A stretch of 64,000 bases of DNA from Candidatus Sumerlaeaceae bacterium (GTDB lineage Bacteria > Sumerlaeota > Sumerlaeia > Sumerlaeales > Sumerlaeaceae): the NCBI GenBank assembly GCA_051003195.1, contig JBPCLP010000042.1:1-64000 (forward strand). Reading direction: 5' to 3'. The notes beneath the pieces were generated by a model. The model did not search any database, was not told where the DNA came from, and worked only from the letters and a program-made list of their open reading frames with translations. Positions 9,749 through 17,773 of the stretch are shown here, one piece after another (positions within the stretch are counted from its first letter, which is position 1; each line of letters opens with the position of its first letter). The translations under genes and the position numbers were made by a program.

Positions 9749-9919
9749 CCCTTACACCAGCGGCATCAAACATCAAGAGCTATCCACAGCAGAACCAAAG
9801 ATTCAACTTGGGCCTTGCACTATGAGAAAGCTCTTATTTATATCTCGCCTGTTGTCCGGGTATCACACTTAGCATGAGAGGAAGCGAAGCTGCTTATAAG
9901 GCGGCTTCGGGGGCATTCC

Positions 9920-11341
9920 ATGGGTTGGTTTGATAAGAAGTCGTGGCAGCTGCGGCGCAAGATCAAGGACCTGCAGGCCGATTTAAAAGAAGCAGAGCGC
10001 GACGGCAAGTACGTCGTCGAACAGGGGTTGTTTTTTGCCGAGCTTGAAGACATGGGCGAAATGACCATGATGGTCTTCGGCACGGCGGATCACATGGCAT
10101 CGCAGGAAGAGTCCGTCATCAAGACCTTCTTCGACCGAAACGGGTTCACCGTCGAAACGTTGAAGCTGGACAAAGACCAGACCTCGGTTGCTGAAGTTGA
10201 AATTATACCGTCCGAAGAGATGACGCGGCACGTTGGCCGGCTCTTGAAGGGCGAAGGCTACAGGATTATTGATGACTCCGAGCGTGAGAAGGCGCCTAAT
10301 CTGCCCGAGAAAATCATACCGCTCAGCTCACTGGTACGTGGTATGATCATCCTGTTCGCCACCCAAGTGCAGCAGGTCATCTCCACATCCAATGTAAAGA
10401 TGAACAAGGAAGGCAATCGCCTCCTGCATTGGATGCCGAAGCTTGTTGAGACGCTCGGTCGAAAGGTCAAGCCGGAGGTGCTCGATATCCTGAGGCCTTC
10501 CTTTGAGGACGCATACGAAGCTTTTTATGGACGTGTTGGCAAGCTGGGCGAGGTCGCGCCACGCGCGGTGGACAGTGAACGCGCTGTGACTGCAACTTCC
10601 CAGGCTGCAGAACGCATTCCTTCGCTGTCGTTCCCGGCAGCAAGTAAACCGAGTAGCACCTCGTCGACTGCGACGGCTGCTCCGCCCAGGTCGGCGGCAA
10701 CAGCAGCCGGGCCATTTGCTCCCGCTGCGCCTGTACCCGCTCCCAAGACTCCTCCGCCTGCATGGGCCAGTGCGCCCACACCGCATCCACGTGCCGCATC
10801 GAGCGTAAATGCTCCTGCTTTGGATGAAGCCGTGAGAGCTCGGGATACCGCAGAGACCGCCGCGAAAATGTATCGCTCACTGATTGGAGCCATCAGCAAC
10901 CGCTGCGTTCGAAACAGTGAAGTGCTGCTGGACGACGTGAATCGCCTGTTCAAGGCAACTGCAACGTGCCTGATGGTTCGCGCGCCGCAAGGCGACGGCT
11001 TCACGATTCACGCCAACGCAGGCAAACGCCTGACCTGGGGCGAGGGTGGCGGTGAAGGTTTCCCGGTGTCTTCCACGGTACTTACACGGTGCCTGCAGCA
11101 ACGAACGGCTGTTTCGAATGAAATGGGTAGCGGAGATCCATCTGAAAGCATGGTTATGCACCAGATTGAAGCCGCGGCAGCGGCACCCATTCTCGTTAAA
11201 GATAGTATTGTTGGTATCCTGTACGTAGACCGGCGCGCAAACCCGGTGCCGTTTGATCAACAGGACTGTGATTCCCTACTGCGATTGTCTGATGTTTTCA
11301 GGGAATTCCCCGACCTTGTCCTTGGTCACCTCGCCGAATAA
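9920..11341 (+). CDS. GAF-domain protein with an unknown N-terminal domain and Pro/Ala linker
   Basis: C-terminal SSTVL...SESMVMHQI...APILVKDSIVGILYVD...FDQQD is GAF-like. Confidence 0.7.
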   Translation: MGWFDKKSWQLRRKIKDLQADLKEAERDGKYVVEQGLFFAELEDMGEMTMMVFGTADHMASQEESVIKTFFDRNGFTVETLKLDKDQTSVAEVEIIPSEEMTRHVGRLLKGEGYRIIDDSEREKAPNLPEKIIPLSSLVRGMIILFATQVQQVISTSNVKMNKEGNRLLHWMPKLVETLGRKVKPEVLDILRPSFEDAYEAFYGRVGKLGEVAPRAVDSERAVTATSQAAERIPSLSFPAASKPSSTSSTATAAPPRSAATAAGPFAPAAPVPAPKTPPPAWASAPTPHPRAASSVNAPALDEAVRARDTAETAAKMYRSLIGAISNRCVRNSEVLLDDVNRLFKATATCLMVRAPQGDGFTIHANAGKRLTWGEGGGEGFPVSSTVLTRCLQQRTAVSNEMGSGDPSESMVMHQIEAAAAAPILVKDSIVGILYVDRRANPVPFDQQDCDSLLRLSDVFREFPDLVLGHLAE

Positions 11342-11354
11342 AACCTGGCAAAAT

Positions 11355-11395
11355 TGTGGAAAAGTTGACATTTTTGCCGATGTGCCATAAACAAT
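11355..11395 (+). promoter_or_regulatory. Putative promoter with an adjacent DnaA-box-like site upstream of the sigma factor gene
   Basis: TGTGGAAAA (reverse complement TTTTCCACA) at 11355-11363; perfect TTGACA at 11365-11370; -10 element weak. Confidence 0.4.
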
Positions 11396-11613
11396 CATTG
11401 GTATAAAGGCGCTGCCCCCTTTGTGAGTGATTAAGCTCATTGTGCGATTATCCGCACACAGCTAAGGGTAGGCTAAGCCTCACAGTCAGATACAAGAATA
11501 TGCATTTGATTGGCATTGCTTGAGTTAGCATTGTCCGCCAGCGGCCATTCGTCGGGCCCTATCTTTGCGCTAGTAGACCCTATGATAAATCAGTCTACTC
11601 CGCGAGGCCCACA

Positions 11614-12444
11614 ATGAAGACAAACCTCAACGAAGAGATGAAGTACTACCTCAAAGAGGTCGCTAAGAAAAAGGTGCTCACTCGTGAGCAGGAAGTAGCC
11701 CTTTTTAAGCGCCTGAAAGCTGGCGATATCACAGCGCGTGAGGAAATCGTCGAGGCTAACCTGCGTTTCGTCATTAAGATCGCACTCCAGTTTGCCGGGC
11801 GTGGAGTCGCGCTTCCGGATCTGATCCAGGAAGGGAATATCGGCCTACTTGAAGTAGTCTCGAAATTCGATTACCGGAAAGGTTTTCGATTTTCTACGTA
11901 TGCCGCATTCTGGATTCGTCAGTCGATCCAAATGGCGTTGCGCAAACAGTGCAATGTCATCCGCCTGCCGATCCGCAAGAGCAGGTTTTTGGGTCATCTG
12001 AATGAGGCGATCAGCAACTTCACACACGCCAATGGCCGCGCACCCAGCGTGCACGAGTTGAGCCAGAAGCTGGGTGTCGAGGAGAGCAAACTCGACCAGC
12101 TGATGCAACTGCGCGATTCCGTTCTATCGCTCGACATGGAAGTGGAAGAAGATGGTTCGCAATTGCTCTCCAAACTGGAGGACACCGAATCACTGTCTCC
12201 AGTAGAGCATTACATGCAGCGGGAGCAGGAACTGCATGTAGCTCGTGCGCTTAGCCTGCTTACGGAAAAAGAGCAGAAGGTGCTAAAGCTTCGCTACGGA
12301 TTTGGAAGCGGAAAGAACCTGAGCTTGCGCACTACAAGTAAGTTGGTGGGAATGAGCCAGGAAGGCGTACGGCGCGTAGAGCGCAATGCGATTAAGAAAC
12401 TGCGCCGGCCGTCAGCTAATCACATGATCAGCGGACTATTGTAG
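11614..12444 (+). CDS. Alternative RpoD/RpoS-family sigma-70 factor lacking region 1.1
   Basis: Region 1.2 YYLKEV...LTREQE; region 2 ANLRFV, DLIQEGNIGL, KFDYRKGFRFSTYA; region 4 HTH. Confidence 0.92.
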   Translation: MKTNLNEEMKYYLKEVAKKKVLTREQEVALFKRLKAGDITAREEIVEANLRFVIKIALQFAGRGVALPDLIQEGNIGLLEVVSKFDYRKGFRFSTYAAFWIRQSIQMALRKQCNVIRLPIRKSRFLGHLNEAISNFTHANGRAPSVHELSQKLGVEESKLDQLMQLRDSVLSLDMEVEEDGSQLLSKLEDTESLSPVEHYMQREQELHVARALSLLTEKEQKVLKLRYGFGSGKNLSLRTTSKLVGMSQEGVRRVERNAIKKLRRPSANHMISGLL

Positions 12445-12472
12445 AACCGGACTAAATAGATGTAAGCTGTGC

Positions 12473-12500
12473 AGCGGCCCGAGTGGGCCGCTTTTCTTTT
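12473..12500 (+). terminator. Rho-independent terminator
   Basis: AGCGGCCC-GAGT-GGGCCGCT then TTTCTTTT, 28 nt after the sigma stop. Confidence 0.85.
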
Positions 12501-12572
12501 GGCGTCCACCTTTCCATCAGTTCACCTTGACCTGTAGCTGATCGAATCAACGATGCCCGCCATGGAGAAGCG

Positions 12573-13331
12573 ATGAGAGGGATCATCATTGGGGCGGGAC
12601 GCGGCCAGAGGCTGATGCCCACCACCGCAGATGCGCCGAAGTGTTATGCGGAGGTTGGGGGACGGCGGATACTCGACTGGACTCGTGATGCGTTTCACCA
12701 GAACGGAATCACGGACCTGTGTTTTATCGGCGGCTATCGGATTGAGATGGTTCGTCGCGACTACCCGGATTTTACATTCCGCCATAATACGGACTGGCCA
12801 AACAATAATATCATGATGTCGCTGATGCACGCAGCCGACCTGATGGACGAGGAATTCGTCTGCTGCTATAGTGACTGCCTGTTTACCCCCGCGCTCATCC
12901 GCGGGTTGTTGGACACACCCGGGGGTATCGTCGTTTCTCTCGATCTGGAGTGGCTCGACCGTTACGCAGAGCGCAGCCTGCACCCGCCGGATGATGCAGA
13001 AAAGGCAGTCGTGAAATACGGTCAGCTTACCGGCATCCATCGGGACATTCCTACCAATGAAGCTTACGGCGAGTACACCGGTGTGGCAAAGTTCTCCGAG
13101 CGCGGCGCGCAGCAACTGCGCGAGCATTTCGAGCGCAGAAAAGCCGAATACGCAGGCAAACCCTTCCGCGAAGCGAAAGTGTTCGAAAAAGCCTACCTGA
13201 TTCACCTTCTGGATGACCTGATCGAGCAGGGCACCGAAATCCGCCATGCGGATTCGCGCGCGGAATACATCGAGATCGACACGCAGGAAGATTACGACTA
13301 TGCCGGCCGCAACTGGCCACTGCATAAATAG
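12573..13331 (+). CDS. Phosphocholine cytidylyltransferase-like (LicC-family) nucleotidyltransferase
   Basis: GAGRGQRL...PKC, NNIMMSL, YSDCLF, GEYTGVAKFS, EIDTQEDY. Confidence 0.8.
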   Translation: MRGIIIGAGRGQRLMPTTADAPKCYAEVGGRRILDWTRDAFHQNGITDLCFIGGYRIEMVRRDYPDFTFRHNTDWPNNNIMMSLMHAADLMDEEFVCCYSDCLFTPALIRGLLDTPGGIVVSLDLEWLDRYAERSLHPPDDAEKAVVKYGQLTGIHRDIPTNEAYGEYTGVAKFSERGAQQLREHFERRKAEYAGKPFREAKVFEKAYLIHLLDDLIEQGTEIRHADSRAEYIEIDTQEDYDYAGRNWPLHK

Positions 13332-13351
13332 CACAGTCTGTCGAGGTTGTT

Positions 13352-14506
13352 GTGCGTAAGCTCAGATACTCGGCGGCATACCTCCTCTCCCTGGCTCCCC
13401 TGACTCTTGCTGTTACGTGTCTTTTCCTCGCCGGGCTGCCAGAAATGCAATATCCCGGCCGTATCATATTCTCGATATTTTGTGTGGTTTTTCTCAGTGC
13501 TACGTTCGCAATTTGGTACGTTAATAACAGGAACCCAGCCACGGCGAAAGTCGCTAAAAAACGCGGTTCAGTACGCGAATATAAACCTCAAGAAGCGTCG
13601 TTGCCCGACGCATTCTCGTTCGAGCTTCGCGGCGGCTGGCCAACCATTGGCAAGTATCCCCGACCAAACTGGGACGCTCTTTTGCAACACATTCATTCGC
13701 GCTTGGACGAAAACCTTCATGCTCCCGCTATTGATCAAGCGGTTGCCATATGGATTGGTCGCCTTCTGCCTTCACTGGCCAGTGACTACAAGGCTTACGA
13801 GCACCACAATTTCGTGCTGGTGACAGCCCAGAATCCAGACGAGGCAGGTCGCCTGCTCCATGCCTGCGCTTCTACTGTAGGTGAGCTTATAAACGCTTTT
13901 GAATTGGAGAATAGCCTATCTAGGGCAAAGTTGCCAATTTTGCTGTTTCAAACCGCAGACGATTATTACGATTACGTAGCCTATTTCTACCCCAAGCGCG
14001 CACACTTCGCTCCATCGGGTGGACTATTTTTGCCCAGCGGGTATCCCCACATCGCTATGCCGTATACCGAAGTAGGTTCCGTACTCATGACTCTGATGCA
14101 TGAACTAACCCATGCAACGTTAGACCCACTTGATCTGCCGAGCTGGCTCGAGGAAGGAATCATCCGGACCATGGAACGGAAACTGGGTCGCTTCGGTTCC
14201 GCCCCTATGATCGACGAACGCACTCAACGGCAGCACGTCCAATTTTGGAATCCCAAAACAATCCAGGAGTTTTGGAATGGCAGTTCATTCAGTAAACCTG
14301 ACCCATACAGCAAATTGAGCTACAGTCTTGCTGAGATCTTGGTCGCAAATCTACTCTCCATAAACAAAAAGGCCTTTGCGAACTTCGTACGCGGCGCTAA
14401 ACAAATAGATGGTGGCGAAGCTGCTGCGTGTTTAAGCTTCCAAATGGGACTCGGTGAAGTCCTTTGCAGGTTCCTGGGCGATAAGGATTGGCGACCTCGC
14501 AATTGA
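13352..14506 (+). CDS. Membrane-anchored putative zinc metallopeptidase (gluzincin/MA-like)
   Basis: Two N-terminal TM segments; HELTH...WLEEG (HExxH plus downstream Glu). Confidence 0.6.
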   Translation: MRKLRYSAAYLLSLAPLTLAVTCLFLAGLPEMQYPGRIIFSIFCVVFLSATFAIWYVNNRNPATAKVAKKRGSVREYKPQEASLPDAFSFELRGGWPTIGKYPRPNWDALLQHIHSRLDENLHAPAIDQAVAIWIGRLLPSLASDYKAYEHHNFVLVTAQNPDEAGRLLHACASTVGELINAFELENSLSRAKLPILLFQTADDYYDYVAYFYPKRAHFAPSGGLFLPSGYPHIAMPYTEVGSVLMTLMHELTHATLDPLDLPSWLEEGIIRTMERKLGRFGSAPMIDERTQRQHVQFWNPKTIQEFWNGSSFSKPDPYSKLSYSLAEILVANLLSINKKAFANFVRGAKQIDGGEAAACLSFQMGLGEVLCRFLGDKDWRPRN

Positions 14507-14574
14507 TATCGGGATATGATTCTGGAGTTTTCATTCACCATTGACGTCGCATTGCTGCTTGGAAAGTTGACGGA

Positions 14575-15636
14575 ATGACCGCCAAACTCTTCCCCACCTC
14601 AGTCGTCGGCTCGATGCCGCGCTCCGACTTCGTTCGCGATCTCATCAACGATCCGAACCTCCCAGAGGACGAATACACCGGCAAGATGGACGCGGCGGTA
14701 CGCTACATCATCGCGCTGCAGGAACACGCCGGCCTCGACGTCGTCACCGACGGCGAATGGCGCCGCAAATCCTACATTGGCGTCATCGCGGAACTCGCCC
14801 ACGGCTTCGAACTCGGATTCGCACCCGATGGCCGTCCGTGGACCATCGTCGTCGATAAACTCTCACCCAAAACCCCAGGCTTCATCGCACGCGAAGTCGA
14901 ATTCACCCGCGGCATCACCAACCGCGCCATCAAGGCAACGCTTCCCTCCCCCGCGCTACTCGGGGAGCGCATGTGGGATCCTGAAAAATCAAAGAAGGCC
15001 TACCCGACCCGCGACGACTTCGTGCGCGACTGTGTCCCCGTCCTTCAGCGCGAGATGGAAATGCTGACGCGCGCCGGCACCGACATCATCCAGGTCGACG
15101 ATCCGCACCTCTGCCTGTTCGTCGATCCGCACGTGCGCGCTCAATACGACAACGCTGACAAAGCAGCCGATTTTGCGGTCGACATGACGAATGCCATCAT
15201 CAGCGCCGCGGGCAAAGCCAAGGTCGCTGTCCACCTTTGCCGCCGTGCAGGCGCGCGCGTTCGCGGCGAGACCGAGCACACCGGCGGATTCGAGGCGATC
15301 GTCAATCACCTCAACAAATTGACCGCACACCACCTGACCATGGAGTTCACCACGCCCGGCGCCGGCGACTTCGAAGTATTTAAAACTCTGCGCGAGGATT
15401 TCGAAATCGGTCTTGGCTGCGTGAGCGTCATGCCGGGCCAGATCGATCCACCCGACGTTATCGCCGAGCGCGTGCGCAAAGTCCTGCGCTTCGTTGCGCC
15501 TGAGCGCATAACCCTAAATCCCGATTGCGGTTTCGCACCGGGCTCTGGTGCAGCCGTCAGCATGGATGAAGCGTACCAGAAACTTCGGAACGAAGTGGTA
15601 GCGGCGGAGTTTCTACGGACGGAATACAGTACTTGA
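14575..15636 (+). CDS. Single-barrel cobalamin-independent methionine synthase II family protein
   Basis: VVGSMPR, DVVTDGEWRR, HLC, NPDCGF Zn-ligand motifs; 353 aa, no N-terminal barrel. Confidence 0.88.
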   Translation: MTAKLFPTSVVGSMPRSDFVRDLINDPNLPEDEYTGKMDAAVRYIIALQEHAGLDVVTDGEWRRKSYIGVIAELAHGFELGFAPDGRPWTIVVDKLSPKTPGFIAREVEFTRGITNRAIKATLPSPALLGERMWDPEKSKKAYPTRDDFVRDCVPVLQREMEMLTRAGTDIIQVDDPHLCLFVDPHVRAQYDNADKAADFAVDMTNAIISAAGKAKVAVHLCRRAGARVRGETEHTGGFEAIVNHLNKLTAHHLTMEFTTPGAGDFEVFKTLREDFEIGLGCVSVMPGQIDPPDVIAERVRKVLRFVAPERITLNPDCGFAPGSGAAVSMDEAYQKLRNEVVAAEFLRTEYST

Positions 15637-15667
15637 AGCACATTCTGACGCGCACCTGTAATTGCAG

Positions 15668-16909
15668 ATGAAAAGCCAGGCAGAAGCGAAGGTACGTGTT
15701 TTTGCTCTGACGTGGCTCTCATACGCCTCGTATTACCTGGGCCGCAAAGGTTTCAGTATCGTTAAGGCGCACCTCAGCGACAACTACGGCATCAGCAAGC
15801 GCGAGCTCGGGTTCATCGATACGGGCTACCTTGCGGCTTATAGCCTGGGACAGTTCGTGATGGGTTTCGCAGGTGACCGTATTGGCTCCCGGCGATTGCT
15901 GGCTCTCGGCATGGTTGCCGTGGCTGTTTGTGTTGCGATGTTTGGGCTCGCAAAGACAACTCTGCTATTCTTTGTCTTCTTCACGCTGAATGGCTTCTTC
16001 CAGGCAAGTGGATGGCCCGGCAACGTGAAGGCCATGGCGACATGGTTCAGCGCTACGGAGCGCGGAAAGATTATGGGGGCATGGTCGACATGCTATCAGG
16101 TGGGTGGCCTGCTCGCTTCCGCCGTGGCAACGTACCTCTTTAAGCATTACGGGTGGCAATCAGCGTTTTTTGTTCCGGCAGTTTTTATAGCACTGATTGG
16201 AATTCTCATTCTATTCTCGATGCCGGAGAAGCAGGCCGAACCAGAAGTAATAACTGCTCCTGTAGAACTGCCAGATGAAGCGGCCCTTGCATCGGCATTG
16301 CAGTCGAAATGGGAGATTTATAAGAACCCGGTTATCTGGAGTTTGGGGGGTGCCTACTTTTGCCTCAAACTCATCCGGTACAGCATCCTTTTTTGGTTTC
16401 CGTACTACATGACCAAAGTTCTCGGTTATGCAAAGGACACAGCAGGATATCAGTCCGTAAGCTTCGAAGTCGGCGGGGTACTTGGATCGATCATTGTCGG
16501 ATGGATTTCCGACCGCTATTTCGCGGGCAGGCGTCGACAAATTGCCGCAGTGATGACGCTGGCGCTCGCAGCTGCACTTTTCTCCTACGTCCAGCTGGCA
16601 CCATTATCCAAGCTTTTGAACTTCATCGGCATGGCGATTGTGGGATTCTGCCTGTTTGGGCCGGATACTCTCGTCAGCGCAGCCGCCGCGCAGGACATCG
16701 GTGGTAAATACAATGTTGCCAAAGCAGCTGGGTTCATTAATGGAGTTGGCTCCATTGGTGCAATATTCCAGGGACTTGTAACATCTGAGGTGTCGGAGAA
16801 GTTTGGATGGAACGCATTGTTTTACCTGTTCGTAATTATGGCTGTGCTCTCGTCGGTTATTTTGCTGCTGGGACGCGAGAAAACGCAATTCGCGCCCTTG
16901 GAACCGTAA
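15668..16909 (+). CDS. MFS transporter, organophosphate:Pi antiporter (GlpT/UhpC-like)
   Basis: YYLGRKGFS, GDRIGSR, ERGKIMGAWSTCYQVGG, AAGFINGVGSIG; about 12 TM segments. Confidence 0.85.
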   Translation: MKSQAEAKVRVFALTWLSYASYYLGRKGFSIVKAHLSDNYGISKRELGFIDTGYLAAYSLGQFVMGFAGDRIGSRRLLALGMVAVAVCVAMFGLAKTTLLFFVFFTLNGFFQASGWPGNVKAMATWFSATERGKIMGAWSTCYQVGGLLASAVATYLFKHYGWQSAFFVPAVFIALIGILILFSMPEKQAEPEVITAPVELPDEAALASALQSKWEIYKNPVIWSLGGAYFCLKLIRYSILFWFPYYMTKVLGYAKDTAGYQSVSFEVGGVLGSIIVGWISDRYFAGRRRQIAAVMTLALAAALFSYVQLAPLSKLLNFIGMAIVGFCLFGPDTLVSAAAAQDIGGKYNVAKAAGFINGVGSIGAIFQGLVTSEVSEKFGWNALFYLFVIMAVLSSVILLLGREKTQFAPLEP

Positions 16910-16981
16910 ACTGTGCTTGAGCTTTCTCCCATGAGCCAGCAAACGTCTTTCCAGATGTGCAGTTTCGGAGGAGAGCGAGAG

Positions 16982-17773
16982 ATGTCAGGATACTTGAAAT
17001 TTGGTGTGGCACTACTACTATTTGGAATCGGGATTCGGGTAGTTGCGCAGCCAAACACCGCCGCCCTTAGCTTTAACGGCGTGAGTGACTATGTGGCACT
17101 TACAACCAGCCCGGCGACAGACCTTCTCAACGGCTATACCATCGAGGCGTGGGCCTACCCCAGCCCGCCAACCACGTATACCACTGGCGCAAGAAGGATT
17201 ATCTCAAACGATCAGCAGAATCCCGCCCGCGGTTTCGGTCTTGGTATGACATCGAGCACAATCAGCGGTGTCAGCCAGACACGCTGGCGTTTCACAACCT
17301 TTGGAGTTAAAGATTATGACACAACCGCTGTTTCGGCGGCTTTGAATACCTGGAGCCATGTTGCAATGACGTTCGATACTTCGAACACGGTGACGTTTTA
17401 TGTGAACGGAGCGTTTGGGCAATCTATTCCATTTGCAACGGATGCACGCATCAGCACGGCTCCGATGAACATAGGCCGCAACCCCGTGGGTACCACGGGA
17501 ACCGAATTCTGGCCCGGCATGATTGATGAAATCCGATTCTGGAATTATGTGAGGACACAGCCACAGATCCAGGCGGACATGAATCGGCAATTAGCGGGAA
17601 ATGAGCCTGGCCTCATAGGCTACTGGCCACTGAACGAGGCCGCCGGCATCTTCACCGAGGATAAAAGCGTGAACTCCGCAGACGGAACATTGTCGGGAGC
17701 AACGTGGACCAGCGGACCACTCATCTACGGACCTCTTACAGCAGTTCGAGAGGACTGGTCCTTATTCCAGTAA
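16982..17773 (+). CDS. Secreted LamG/concanavalin-like domain protein; ends in TAVREDWSLFQ
   Basis: GGAGGAG RBS; signal peptide; YTIEAW, WSHVAMTFD, FYVNG, GMIDEIRFWN, GLIGYWPLNE. Confidence 0.85.
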   Translation: MSGYLKFGVALLLFGIGIRVVAQPNTAALSFNGVSDYVALTTSPATDLLNGYTIEAWAYPSPPTTYTTGARRIISNDQQNPARGFGLGMTSSTISGVSQTRWRFTTFGVKDYDTTAVSAALNTWSHVAMTFDTSNTVTFYVNGAFGQSIPFATDARISTAPMNIGRNPVGTTGTEFWPGMIDEIRFWNYVRTQPQIQADMNRQLAGNEPGLIGYWPLNEAAGIFTEDKSVNSADGTLSGATWTSGPLIYGPLTAVREDWSLFQ

